This document shows, piece after piece, positions 23,202 to 36,118 of a stretch of 64,000 bases of DNA (position 1 is the stretch's first letter; every line of letters begins with the position of its first letter). The translations under genes and the position numbers were made by a program. Source of the stretch: Neoechinorhynchus agilis (lineage: Eukaryota > Animalia > Acanthocephala); assembly GCA_051530055.1 (NCBI GenBank), contig CM121342.1, forward strand, positions 12,725,480 to 12,789,479, read 5' to 3'. A model generated the notes under the pieces. That model ran no database searches and was not told where the DNA came from. It saw only the letters and a program-made list of their open reading frames with translations.

Positions 23202-26200
23202 GGGGTGCTGATGCTTCGGTGGAATGTAACTACGATGAGCTGATCAAAATCATGAGAGGACTCTTTGTATCAGAGACACCGGAGTTGGTATGCAGGTACA
23301 AATTCTATAACACCAAAAATGAAAACGGGGCAGTCCTACACAGACTGAATCAATTACCTGCGGGGAGCCTCTAAAGGATGTAGTTTATGAATTGACTGCG
23401 GCCGCCATTCAAATTCGTGATGTCGTAGTGCTTAATGCCCCTCACAATGAGATAAGAAGGAGAGCTCTACTAGAACACAATTTATCTTTGGATGGTTTGG
23501 TGAAGATAATGCAAACCTTCGAATCGACTAACAGCGCTTTGGATGTTTTACGTCCAGTTGATCGCTCATCGAATCTGTTCGAAGCACACGCTATAAAAAC
23601 AAGTACATCCGAATCTTGAAATGTGCAACGCTCCAAGGATAGGAGGGTCGACGGTTGGCCAAGAAGACCCCGATGTACGAATTGTGGTAAATGGCAACGT
23701 CGCGACTTTGAGAATTGTTCTGCAAAAGACGAAAGGTGTTTCAAGTGTAAACGCAAGGGTCATTTTGCGCGTTGTTGTGGCCGACAAGTACACAAGTTGG
23801 ATGTGAGGGATGAGGACGAAGATATCACTGGAGAAGGCGATGATTGGAAAGAGATTCGCAGCATCAAAGCATTGGATGGCGTCAGAATAGCTTAAATATC
23901 CCCAATGAAAATGGAATTTGATTCGGGTGCCGTAGTCAGTGTGATTTTGAAGGAGATTTGGTCAAAAATTGGTGCTCCGAAGCTGACAAGTGCTAAAACG
24001 ATACGAGCATTTGGCGGAGGGAAATTCAATACTCTGGGTCGTTGCACCGTCGATGTGGATTATAAGAATCAAAGCAGACGATTGGAAGCCGTAGTAGTCG
24101 ATGCAGCAGAAAGGCCGTTGTTTGGTCTGGATTGGATATTGAGCTTAGGAATAACTATCCCTGCAAAAGTCGTGAAGGTCAATGTTGTTCGCGGGATGGA
24201 AGCAACACACAGGGTATCAAGGACTTCGTAGCGTCGTTGGTAGTGTCAGTCGAATCGAAGCCTATATAATGGAGTGCTCGCAGGATACCCTTCGCATTAC
24301 AAGAATCGGCCGAAGCAGAGCTAAGCAGATTAGTTAATGACGGGGTTCTTGTTCCGGTCGATAGCCTAAAAGAGAAAATCACATGGGCCACGCCTATAGT
24401 ATTGGTCAGAAAGGCAAACGGGAACCTTCGAATTTGCGGAGATTTTCGGGTCACGATCAACAGGTTTCTGAATGTCGATTCATTGCAAATTCCAACATTC
24501 GAACAAATGATGAACCGAGTTGCGGGTGTCGAAAAATACAGCATCATTGATCTAAAAGATGCTTACTTTCAAATTCCAGTGGATAAGGATACTAGTCGAT
24601 TGCTCACTATTGCGACTCCGTGGGGATATTACCGCTACCAACGTCTGCCGCTCGGTATCTTAGCAACGCCGGTAATCTTTCAAAGATTCATAAATAAGAT
24701 TCTGGACGGTCTCGAAGGAGTAAGTGCATATCTCGATGATATTATTGTTACAGCACCATCGGATGTTATTCATGTGCAGAGATTGATACAAGTGTTTGAG
24801 AGACTGAACGCCACCCGAGTCAAAATAACACCATCCAAATGCAAGTCCTTGCAGGACGAAGTAAGCTTCCTGGGATATAAGCTGACCAGAAATAGAATGT
24901 CACCAGAGGAGGAAAAGACACGTGTTTTGGTGAACGCAACAGCGCCCACGAATGTTAAAGATCTCCGCTCGTTCCTAGGACTGGCGAATTACCACGCTCG
25001 ATTCATACCACATTTTCAAGCGATTTGTTCGAAGTTGGACGAATTGACAAGAGTTGACACGAAATGGGCCGGGAACTCCGAGCATCAAAGGGCATTCAAT
25101 GAGATCAAGGAAGCGCTAAAAAGGGCAACAAATATCATGGCTTATGATAGTCGTTTACCTATTACACTCGCATGTGACGCTAGTGATTCCGGGTTAGCGG
25201 CAGTGTTATTTCATGTGGTCAATGAAAAGGGAGACATGGTGCCCATGTCTTTTGCGTCACGAGTATTACGAGATGCAGAAAAACACTATGCGACGATTGG
25301 AAAGAAAGCGCTGGCACTGGTTTATGGTTGCCAGATTTTTCGCAATTGCATTTATGGAAGATCCTTTAAGCTGCTAAGTGATCATAAGCCACTCAACTTT
25401 ATTTTCGGCGAGAAACGAAACTTAGCTAAATTGACTAATAGTAGACTGGTCCGATGGGCTCTCCAACCTTCTGAATATGATTATACAATCGAGTATATTC
25501 CAGGAAATAGCAATAATTATGCTGACATCTTATCGCGGATCCCATAGAAATCAAACGAATATTCACCAGATAAGGAGTGGGAAACCATGGATGTGAAGAA
25601 CATACAGGAAGAGAAATGCTCGGTAGCAGGCTTAACAACGCAGTCACTTAGAAGTGAGACTTAGAAGGATGGCCAATTGCAACGTATAAAGAGATATATG
25701 TTGTCGGGTTGGCCGCGTGGAACCATTAACCGGGAGGATAAGACTTTCGAGATCCGCAAAGACGAATTAACTCTGGAGAATGGAATGCTTATGTGGTTAG
25801 AACGGATCGTCGTACCGTATAATCTCAGAAAAGCCTTTTTGCGGTGAAACAGCAAGCAAAGCCATCGCCCGTTACCATTGTTGGTGGCCCAGAATCGAAG
25901 AGGATATAAAGGAGTTTATCTCTAACCGTGGTCAATGTCAGTCACATCGACCAAGAGAACCAGAACAACCATTGTTCCTTTGGGAACACCCACGAGAACC
26001 TTGGGGCCGAATTCATATAGATCTGGCGGGTCCAATACACAACAGGATGTTTCTAGTGATCGTGGACGCTGGTACAAAGTGGCCCGAGGTTTTCGTCAAA
26101 GAAAGGTTCAACACGAATGACGTAATCAAATGCTTGAGAGAAACGTTCAGTCGATAAGGCGTCCCATATCGCTTAGTGTCTGACAACGGTCCGCAATTCG

Positions 26201-26279
26201 TGTCGGAACAATTCGAAGAATTCTGCAAAGGAAATGGAATTGTTCACTGCAGGAGTGCGCCCTATCAACCCCATGTCTT

Positions 26280-28185
26280 CAACGAGTTGATCCGCTGCGA
26301 TTTCGATAGGAAACGCTTTACCCAAGGTGATTGATCGGTTATTGAGGGGAGACCTTGGTACGATTCTAAAACAGTTCTTCTTACATGCATCCCTGCATCC
26401 CTGTGCGGTATTTCAAAAAAGGAGAATTCGTCCGATTACGATAAGCTGTACCTTGCAAAGATTATCCGCAAAAATCATATGCAAAAGGATCACACAGAAA
26501 GTTGGCCTGGTACTTCGCCCCATACAACTCGGTTGTTATACATCATGTGGATCAGAAGCGATCGTGCATGCCCTGAGGAATCTCACCGAGTTATCCCCCC
26601 ACCAAAAAGCTGTATTTGACTTCAGAAACATGCTTTTAAACAGAATCTCAGATCACCTTCCGGAAGCTCTTCCATATTCCAACACAGCTTATGGCTCGAA
26701 AACCCATTAATTCTAGGAGAATAACCTGAATTGGTTTCAATCCGATGTACAACCGGGAGATCCTCTGGGCCCGATCGGATTTTCAATTGCGATATACCCG
26801 CTGACATCACTCAGATCGAAATTCAAAGAGTGGTATTTAGATGACGCTATTCTTGGAGACAAGCCGGAGATTGTATTAAAGGACCTGAAGAAAATTTCGG
26901 AAACGATTTCAGCGTTTGGTTGGGAGCGCAACTTCTCGAAGTTTGACCTGCTGTCAATTAACGTGGAGGAGGTGAACTGGACCAACATACTTCACGACTT
27001 TACCTCCGTCGCACCAAGCTTGGGGCCGATTCAGTTATATCAGCTTAGTTTGTTGGGTTCATGTGTACTAGGGCAGAACGTTCCAATGGATACCGAAGGC
27101 TCGCTGCCCAGTCTGGAGCTGCTATGTGAAAGGGCATCAAAGCTAAAAGCCCACGAGGCAGTGTTTCTCATCAAAAATTACCTCTACATACCGAAGCTTC
27201 TCTACAAGCTCAGAATCACTCTAACCTTCAACCATCAGATCGACTTGGCTAAGCTCGACAACCTCGTACGTGACAAACTTGAAAGCATTATGAAGGCAAA
27301 CAACCTCGCCCGCATCTTTCGCTGGTTCTGGCATTAGACGTACGAGTGACCTTGCCTTACCCTCCTTCCTTGCGTCAATATGCGCGAGTCATGAACGCTT
27401 GAAAAAGTTTTCGATGAGGTTAGTGAAAGGCATCTCAAAGCGGCCCTATCGAAATGGTCGTCACTATCGGATTGGATGATCCTCCAGGAAACTGCGCCAA
27501 ACAGCAATCTTGGGACTCACCGCTCGTTCATCAGGTTTACAACTCTTTAATGGACCTGATGGATGAGATGTCTCGAATTCGATTGATGGCTAATTCGACC
27601 AAAGAATTGGGATCATGGCTCGAAGCTTTGCCCAATGAACGCTTGGGAACATTACTAGATGACGAGAAATTGCGCATCTCATTTTGCCTCAGGTTCGGAT
27701 TGAATATTTGCATCATCGCGCACCAATGCCGTTGTGGCTCACATGTAGACGAAGCTGGCACGCATAGACTCTGTTGCAGGCGCTCGGCAGAGAGGTTCCC
27801 GATACACTCGGCACTCAACGACATAATCAGCAGAGTTTTGTCCCGCATTAACAATTCCATCGTCCTCGAGCCAAGCAATCTAGGACGCCTCGATTAAAAA
27901 CGCCTGGGCGGAGTGACCGTCTTCCCCTTGAGCCGCAGCAGCTATCTTATGTGTTATTGGCCAGGAGCAACTTCTAGGTTGCGAAGAAAGGCGCCGGCAA
28001 AGTCGCCACTGCTGCGGAGCGAAGGAAAATTGCCAAATACAGCTACCTCGCTCCGTTAGGCTTCAAAACCTACGGGTCGCTGCGCTGACCAAGGAAATAG
28101 GTCTGCGATTAGCAATAATAACAAAGGATTATCGCGAACCAATATTTTTGTGCCAAAACATTAGTCTCACCGTGCAGCGGTGAGT
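26280..28185 (+). mobile_element. CRE-like non-LTR retrotransposon (RT, zinc finger, REL), decayed
   Basis: RPITISCTLQRL, QPGDPLGP, WYLDDA, CRCG..H..CC, terminal FLCQNISLTVQR. Confidence 0.85.
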
Positions 28186-29130
28186 GAATTAAGTGTTTTG
28201 TGAATATAAATTTTACAAAAAATTTGATAAAATTAATTTTAACAAGGAAAAAATTATCTTATTAAAAAGTATAAGAAGTGCACTAGGCTACTATGAATTT
28301 TATTCGTTCTGTGGCATCTAAATATCGAATAATATTTAATCTATCCGAAAAGCGTTCAGCTTATTTGTTCTCGCATTATTTACCTGATGGATACAGTTAA
28401 TTCAGATTGCCTTTTTAGAAGAAAAATAAAATAGAAAAATGTTTTTTTAGATGTTTCCATTAGCTAATGAAAATCCATCTATGAATACTTGAATGTCGTT
28501 TCAAAAATCTAGATTTAGCGCCTTCTCTTAGGAATTGGAACGGTCGAAGCGGTAGATAAATACAATCACTTTCAAGCGAAAAAGACGGTCGGTTGAGTCT
28601 TTTAGCGCCATACCACGTAGGAGGTACCCCTGTGAATAAGTTTACAAACAAGCGAAAATTATAAAATACGCACCCATCAGAAACAATCCAATGTCTGAGA
28701 ACGTTCCGAGCCTAAATTGGATTCCTCTCCCATTCGGGGACACATGGACGAAAACGGACAGCAATTAAAAACTGTATATGCAGAAAAAAATTGTCTTCAA
28801 AAGTTTATCAAAAGAGAAAGTAATTTAATTGGCAATTAATTGATAGTTTGATACTAATAAACAAACCGTGACAGCTATCGCGAATCTGAAAACATTTTTG
28901 GATTCAACGAGTTGAGATGTACAAAATGCTCATATCAAATTTTAGCTCCGCTCCATCTCGGCGAATAAGTTTACAAACAAGCGAAAATTTACCTAATCAA
29001 CGAAATTCTCGAGTTATATGCGTTCGTGATACTTCGTTCCAAACTGTGAGCCGCCTTGCTCAAACCTTGTTCTCCGGTTTCCCGAATTCGAAGTTTGAGA
29101 ACTTAGTGGAGAAAAGCAGTAATTGACGCC
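28110..29130 (+). repeat. copy B of the 1-kb dispersed duplication
   Basis: Matches 8232-9246. Confidence 0.95.
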
Positions 29131-29520
29131 ACCCGTTGTTAGACAGCTTCCATTCTTTGCAATTCTTCAACAGTGGAATGGCTAGTTCAATCACCTCTTC
29201 AACTGGAACCTTCGTGAACAACGATATGACATCCGCAGATACCATTTTGCAGGAGTCATTGATATTCACTTTTTTCAGTCGATCAATTAGAACCCCTAAT
29301 GAAACAGCATGGATGGACGGGGGGAAGGAATCGTTTCAGAAGACCGGATAGAAACGTGAGCAGCTATGATCGGCGGCCGTGCACTTATGGGAGATTTGTG
29401 TACTTTCGCTAACATATACATTTTGGGAGTCGGTATGGATGGATCCAATTGTGGTGGTGCTTATAAAGATTCCATTTCAATTTTGCTGATTCAAAAGCAT
29501 CCAAAGTGTCATAACGTTTA
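29083..29520 (-). mobile_element. Penelope-like element RT fragment
   Basis: KVHKSP..RP, MVSADVISLFTKVPVEEVI, FSNFEF. Confidence 0.8.
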
Positions 29521-29539
29521 GCTATCCTTGCAGAAGCCT

Positions 29540-29985
29540 AGACGTCCACTCGTCACACTCAAAATGGGCACAACTCAGCGGTATTTAACAGAAAAGGGAG
29601 AACCTTAGATGGCATGTTCCTACCCAGATGGGTTGACGAGGTCTCCGGGTGTGTGTACAGGATACTCTGTAACGATTGTGACCAATCATTTATTGGACAA
29701 ACCAATAACATCCGAAGAAAGTTGACCGAACACAGACCGGCCATCAGCAAGTTGACCGATCTCAACTCAGCATTAGTTCATCACGTTAAAGAAAACAAAC
29801 ATCGAATTGATCTTGATGCCACTGAAATAATAGCGAGATGCGACAACAAACGTGACCGAATCACAATGGAGGCCATCATGATTGAACATGGCAACACGTT
29901 CACGCATAACAAAGCGGACTACACACTTAATTTACGTGTACCCTTTAACGCTGTGGTGAAAGGGCGGAAACTCAATCCGGACTAA
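29540..29985 (+). mobile_element. Penelope-like element GIY-YIG endonuclease C-terminus
   Basis: GCVYRILCNDCDQSFIGQT..EH..SALVHHV..H.ID..R..MEA..I. Confidence 0.88.
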
Positions 29986-30003
29986 TGTGCATGTGTGTTT
30001 CAG

Positions 30004-30050
30004 ATCACTGAAGAAGACCAACGCATTGGTCGAAAATTCTGATAAATAAA
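30004..30050 (+). ncRNA. minimal type-I hammerhead ribozyme at the Penelope 3' end plus AATAAA
   Basis: ATCA-CTGAAGA(30008-14)-A-GACCAA/TTGGTC-GAAA(30032-35)-AT-TC-TGAT; perfect stems I and II; AATT stem III; AATAAA 30045-50. Confidence 0.9.
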
Positions 30051-30109
30051 TTCTTAATTTCCTTTATTTCACCGTCCAAATTAACTTTTAAAATTTACAT
30101 GCTCAAAAG

Positions 30110-30530
30110 CTGCGCCATTTAGGAATCCCTTCGCCTGCTTTCTTTAAATTTTACTACAGGTCTTTCTTACCCTGTATCACGTACAATTATCCCGGATTTT
30201 TCAATCAGTCCAAATCACAAATCCGTCGCATTGTAACGTTTCATGGAAGAGCCTCTAAATTTTGCATAGTTTATTTTTTTCTCGCTCGACGAATACCGTT
30301 AAGATTTTAAACAAACAATCATAACCTCTCTCAACCCTACCACTACGATTTCTACCACATATCGCCCCCTTTTCACACGAGCACATCACTCGTAATCCCA
30401 ATTCCTTTAATCCTCCATCAACCTCGCACCTCCCTCTACCTCTGCTCCTTTTTCCATATTGCTCAATCTTCTTGGATATCAGCACCCGAAATGAACCGGA
30501 GTAAAGACCCGACGCCACAAACTCTCCTAC
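30110..30530 (+). mobile_element. 3' fragment of CR1/L2-like LINE
   Basis: 30163-30265 closely matches 49404-49505. Confidence 0.7.
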
Positions 30531-31181
30531 AAACAGTTGGTGGATTCAAATAAGGACAAATTTCTCCTACGAACAATAGCCACAAATTATTACCCAGCCA
30601 GACCCATCATCTACTCTAAAATAAACAACTACATTCAATGTCGCGAGTTCGGGTGTTCACGACGACCCAAATGTACATGGTTTCTCTTCTTCGGAAAAAT
30701 AAAACGCGTTTTTATCACTTATAAAATTAATCGAATCGTTTATGCAACAGTACGACCGTGAATACTAAGCCACTAGGCATTAAACAATTATCAATACAGA
30801 AAACGTGTACGCTAAAGTTATTGTAAGTAAATTTAGTGGATCATCAACAAATCAAGCTAAACAACATTTGTGTTTTTGATTGAGCGAGTCCTTGCACGTA
30901 GTAAAGAATTCAGACGAATAACACAAGAGTAACTAAAGGAGCCTTAAAGAGTATGGACTAATGATGAATGGCGAATCGTTAGTCCAGGGCACCCACTTAT
31001 TTAACTTTATAGAAAGCGCAAATATAGAAAGTACTCCATACGCAAAATTTTAACGCGGCACAAATAGCGCATCGCACCGCTGTATCACTGTAACATTTTT
31101 AAGTGCGTTTTAATTTCGTTGAATACGATTAGTGCGTGTTACTTGGGATATTTTCGCTTTTAGAAAACAACAAAAAGTTTC

Positions 31182-31643
31182 ATGGGCGATCAAATAAAAA
31201 ATCCTTCTAGCCTCGAAATTACTCGAAGAGATTCGGCTTACGTTTCATTTGGAAGCTTAAACGCTTCGAACAATTCGAAAGCCACTTCACGATCTTCCAG
31301 TGACCAAACAACTTCGGAAAGTTTTGGTGATTTAGCTGACTGTTGCAGGTCGACGGGCTCGCTGAGTGACACCGTAAATACCGGTCATCCAAATCGGAAA
31401 TCAAAGTCAAAAGGAAGGACACTGAATTCCGATGGAAGGGATCTTAAAACGCATTCAAGGTCAAGGAATATTCACCGCAAGAGACTTAAGAAGAATAATC
31501 GGATAAAAAGTAAATCCAAAACGACAGCTAAAATAACAAATGAAAATGAACGTGCATTAAGGTATTTGAGGGATACCTGGAACGAAGTTCAATATGAAAT
31601 GGCTAATGGTCATGTATACTACTTATCAGACGAATCGTTTTGA
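31182..31643 (+). CDS. hypothetical Ser/Lys/Arg-rich protein; C-terminus weakly FAM195/MCRIP-like
   Basis: Single ORF with ATG; NERALRYLRDTWNEVQYEM resembles the MCRIP helix by eye only. Confidence 0.45.
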   Translation: MGDQIKNPSSLEITRRDSAYVSFGSLNASNNSKATSRSSSDQTTSESFGDLADCCRSTGSLSDTVNTGHPNRKSKSKGRTLNSDGRDLKTHSRSRNIHRKRLKKNNRIKSKSKTTAKITNENERALRYLRDTWNEVQYEMANGHVYYLSDESF

Positions 31644-31959
31644 ATTCAACTTGCTAAATAATGCCACTTTTCTTGAATATGAGCGATTTCAGTTGTTGTT
31701 CTGGTGGTCGCATGCTTTATTTTATACGCGAGAAACAGCGCCTCCAGCATTGAAGGAGGCTTATTTGTAAAGAAATCCCAAACGGCTCTGTAACTCATTG
31801 CTTAAACTTTCAATGTTAATTTTATTCATCTTATTTATTGTTAGAGTTTATTAATGTAACAGTTCTGCCTTTGGGGAAGCAGATTTTCGGACTCAATGGT
31901 TGGTTTTAAACCACATGCAAAACATTTTCCACGAAGACGATTATCCTACAGTTAGGATG

Positions 31960-32469
31960 AGTTTTATAATGTTTACTTGCAAGAGATCGAGCGGTCGTTT
32001 CCCAAGGCACGCAGAGCTCAACGCGATCATTAGCAGAGTTCTGAACTCGATCCACGTTCCAACCATCCTGGAGCCCAATCACCTCTGTCGCTCGGATGGT
32101 AAGCGTCCCGACGGTATGACCGTTTTCCCTTGGAAAGAAGGGAAGAGTCTAATTTGGGACGCAACATGCGTGGACTCACTCGCCCTGTCCAACAGACAAG
32201 ATGCTTTAGCGGAGACGGGAGGAGCAGCGAGTGCCGCCGAAAGGAGGAAAGCGGAGAAATACAGTGAGCTCAAACAAAATTACATTTTCCTTCCTTTCGG
32301 CGTGGAAACACAAGGGGCGCTGGGATCTTCGGCACGAAGCTTTTGTGACGAACTCGGACGACGACTTGCAGCACAAACAGGGGAGCGACGCGAGAGGATT
32401 TTCCTGGTCCAAAGAATAAGCCTCGCAATCCAACGAGGAAATGCGGTCAGCGTCCGGGGGACGATTTAA
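31960..32469 (+). mobile_element. 5'-truncated CRE-like element with an open REL endonuclease domain
   Basis: RHAELNAII..KRPDGMT..WDATCVD..PFGVET..QRISLAIQRGNA; A-rich sequence after the stop. Confidence 0.88.
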
Positions 32470-33450
32470 TCTAAAATTAAAATTATCCTCTCCAAAAAAA
32501 ATTTCTTTAAAAAATGTGTCTATTAGGATTCCGTTGACGTAAATATCGAAATAATTTGTGAACAAGATTTATGCTTCTTCGAGCAAATCTGTTAACATTT
32601 TCCTTTAATTTGGTTTATATTAAATATACAAAGCGTTGTCTTCATTCTCAGTGATTTTTGCATCTAATATAGCTTGTAGATAACATTCGACGACAATAAA
32701 AAGTAACGACGGATTGATAATGCTGGCAAAAATATTGTTTTATTTATTTTAACTTTTGATCGATATTTGTCACTACTTTTTTGACCACTTAAGCGTAGCA
32801 ACTGTTTTGGTGTATAACCTAGAGCATTATGATCCTCCTTATAAATTCGCAGAAGTTTTCGGACCTATAATTGTAGCTGTCGATAAATGGTTAAAATAAT
32901 GGCGCATTATCATTGATCACAGTGTTTGTTGCTAAAACCTGAATTCCTTTTTTAAGAAATGATCGCTCCTCTCGAGTGATGCGCCTACACGATTCCGCTT
33001 AAACCATATTTTGGTGTTCAGTTACGCTTATTAACGACAGATCCCCGTGCAGTTCACCGAGGTTTAATAACAAACACTGAATAATGTAGCTATAGTAGAA
33101 CATCGTTTATCCGCGAATTAATTGGGACCGGGCACTACTCGGATACAAGATTTTTTGAGATAACCGAAACCCCCAACGTGATGTGCCCTTAATATGCAGG
33201 AGAATTTGGATTAAAAAAGCAAAATTAAGGTAGGACAACATAATTTTACCTGTATTGTTGAAAATAATACTTTATTTCCCTGAATGATATCTGATTCTCT
33301 TCCAGCAACAGTAGCTGAGTAGGACGGCAATCCGAATAAAATTGACATTTCGGATAATCGATATTCTACAGTATTTCAATTTTTACTAGCCCTTTTAAAC
33401 CGGTACTCGTTTGTATTATGGACAACATCGAATCTGATTTACTCAAAGAA

Positions 33451-34008
33451 TCACTTAACAAACAACCCGTAGTTAACAATGAAGAGAATAACGTTGACAA
33501 TATAAGTAGGAATGCAAACAAGGCATATATCGGATAGGACGAAGAACAAGACGTACGCAAGGTAAATAGTGACAACAATGCTGAACAGTGATGAATAATA
33601 TGCAATTGCTAATAGAATCGGTGCCGTCGAAAAGCCTAGATTTTTGATAATGTGATTACCTTGACTTTACATTGCTACTTACATGTTATAAGCTGAAATA
33701 GATAAAATCCAATACCAGGAATACAATTGGGAACATTGAATATCGAGTCCTTCCCGAAGATAAATTCAGCTATTCCAAAACCTTGACTAAATCTTAGACC
33801 GCGATCAGAATTCGGATTAATGAAATTTCAAAAATGAGATGCCATACCTGCTTTTCATTACGTTGGTGCAACTGATTCCTGATCGGAGATCACAAACAGC
33901 TACGTAATTTGGTTCGCTTCTTAGTCGCAGTTCAACGTACATAGCGTAAAATGACAGCAGCAATCCAACTAATGATAGTAGAGCTTTGAATTCGATTTCC
34001 GATATCAT
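33451..34008 (-). CDS. VKORC1: vitamin K epoxide reductase (VKORC1/VKORC1L1-like), 3 exons
   Basis: GLLLSFYA..CD..ISCTNV..SR|FSQGFG..NVPN..FY..|..YLAYVLFFVLSDICLVCIPTY; active-site CxxC present; two short GT-AG introns. Confidence 0.92.
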
Positions 34009-34143
34009 TTCGTTGTCTAAATTAATCTGAAAATTTCTTCTATGGATTAACATGCTAAAGCGGTAAAAAACTGTGTATTTCTCTTCGCCCATGTCTTGCT
34101 CTTCATTCCAAAATTGTTGTATAAGCTGCGCACAGCACATTTT

Positions 34144-35196
34144 TTAGACATAAGGATAAGCTGGCAAAATTAGACGAGAAGGTGAAAGCCTCTTTCGAGA
34201 AAATTTTAAATACTCAGCTGTCGGACGAGGCCTGGCGTCAAGCGTCCTTGTCAGTGTCGTCCGACGGTTTGAGTAACCGAAAAGCAGCCGATATTTCTCT
34301 GCCAGCTTATTTGGGATCGTATGAAGCAAGCCACAAAATAGCTCAGTCTTTTGGCGAGAATTACACTTTGGGTGAAGATTTCGTTGAGGCTCTTAATCTT
34401 TGATATGGAGTTTCAGGCAGCGAGCAGATAAGCGTCGATGGTTGCAAACAATCAGCTTGATGCTCACGCCTGGTAGCGAGAATTCACAGCTCTTTAATTT
34501 CAGATTCTCGTGAACTGGTGAACCGAACTCGATTGGCGGCAGTCTCTACAAGAGAATCGGGTGCTCGGCTCAGTGCTATCCAAATTGCTTCTGTGGGTAC
34601 CCTTTTCTTCGAAGAGACAGTCAGTATGGCAGTGTCCCTGAGACTTGAGGTACCGATGTGTACATCCTTTCGCTGCCGTTGCGGAGCGACCGTAGAATCA
34701 CCGGAACGCCATGCTGTTAGTAATCAGGCGGGAGAACCTCACGACACGACGAAGTGAACGCAATTCTTAGTCGTGCCCCGAATACTGTAAATGCGTTCAA
34801 CATTTTAGAGCCTTGTAGTCTTTGCCGACTCGATGGCTGTGGACCGGAATGCAAATGCCTTCTCTGGATGCCATGTTCGTCGACCCGCTCGCAGCCAGCA
34901 ACATTAAATTTGCCGCTATTAAACTGGAGGAATATCAAGCGCCCAAGAACATCGGAAAAAGGCAAAAAAACAGGGACCCGCGTCGAAATCATTGTTTCGT
35001 TCCCTTTGGCGTCGAGACTCGGGTCGTTTGGTACCGCGACTTAGGAACTGGTCAAGCGAGTGTCCAAGAGATTGAGACGAATCACTGGCGATCCAAGATC
35101 AGAAGCATCCCTGCTACAAAAGATAGGTCTGCCCCTGCGACCTGGGAGGGAACGCTGCATCCGTCATTTGAACCATACCACCAGGACGGTTGCTGA
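34144..35196 (+). pseudogene. decayed CRE-like element (RT C-terminal part, zinc finger, REL)
   Basis: AWRQASLSV..GL..R, CRCGA, FVPFGVET; many frameshifts. Confidence 0.75.
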
Positions 35197-35708
35197 ATGA
35201 CCCAGAGCGGTGGTGTGAATGATCTAACGTGTTATATAAGTAAAAAAAGCAGTTTTCATTGGCAAAAAGTAAATGACTTAAGAACGAGTAGAGTACCCTT
35301 TAAAATAGGAAATGTCAAAGAGAAAATTTTCTATCCAATACTTTAGGATACATTACGAGCATTTTCCCAACTTCAAGTTATAACAAATATGTTGTTGTGC
35401 ATTCGCACGAAAAACGCTTGAAGCTTTTTGAGTTTGGGGATGTATCAACTAAAATTTCGACACGAAATTTCCTATTTCAACTTTGCTTTACATTTGTCAC
35501 TCTATAATTGTGATTCAGAATTCTTGGTGTGGTTCAACAAGGTGTTTCATTGCTGTAAAGGAAAGTATTAGTTCCGCCCACGATTCATGCATCACATACA
35601 ACAGGTAGAGCCAGGAATTTACCGCTGGATAAAACTTCAATTTTTACATTTTGAAACCTGGAATCACGAGTCGACACACGAAACTTAAATTTAAAACTCT
35701 TGTTCCAT

Positions 35709-35860
35709 AAGCTCTCATTTAAGTCTTCTATAAGCCATGTTATCATCAAATCTCAGCACCTTTAAAAGGAAATACTGTATCTTACAAAGCTAGATATGTT
35801 CATGACAAACCGGTTAGCTTCGAAGCAAAATGAGTAACGGTGAGTAAATGATGTAGATTT
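35709..35860 (-). repeat. decayed tandem duplicate of the VMAT last-exon end and 3' UTR
   Basis: Matches 36039-36190 at a 330-bp offset; premature TAA in the duplicate. Confidence 0.85.
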
Positions 35861-36118
35861 TGTGCTGTAGGATAAATGAGAACTTAATATTGTTTCCAAA
35901 ACATAAACGTAAAGTATAATTACTAAAAGCTAGAATATTTTTGAGCTCTTAAGATAGAAAACTCTTTATAACACGCACAGTTGCTGAAAAGCAAAATAGC
36001 GAACCGAGAGTGGCTAACACTCATTTATTGCAAAAAGAAGCTCTCAATTAAGTCTTCTATAAGTAATGTTATCATCAAATCTCAGCACCTTTAAAAGGAA
36101 ATACTGTATCTTACAAGG

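Larger units (their letters stand above)
20800..26270 (+). mobile_element. Ty3/Gypsy (Mag/K02A2.6-like) retrotransposon, degenerate; gag interrupted by RTE; 3' end truncated by CRE
   Basis: Gag with zinc knuckles (CTNCG..C, CFKCKRKGHFARCC), protease MEFDSGA, RT IDLKDAYFQ..YLDDII, RNase H LACDAS..SDHKPL, integrase WGRIHIDLAGP..SDNGPQF; no 3' LTR seen. Confidence 0.92.

Noticed and set aside
32985-33035. Minus-strand TEHQ..KIWFKRNR resembling homeodomain helix 3
   Set aside because: Needs a frameshift, stops nearby, and helices 1-2 are not recognisable
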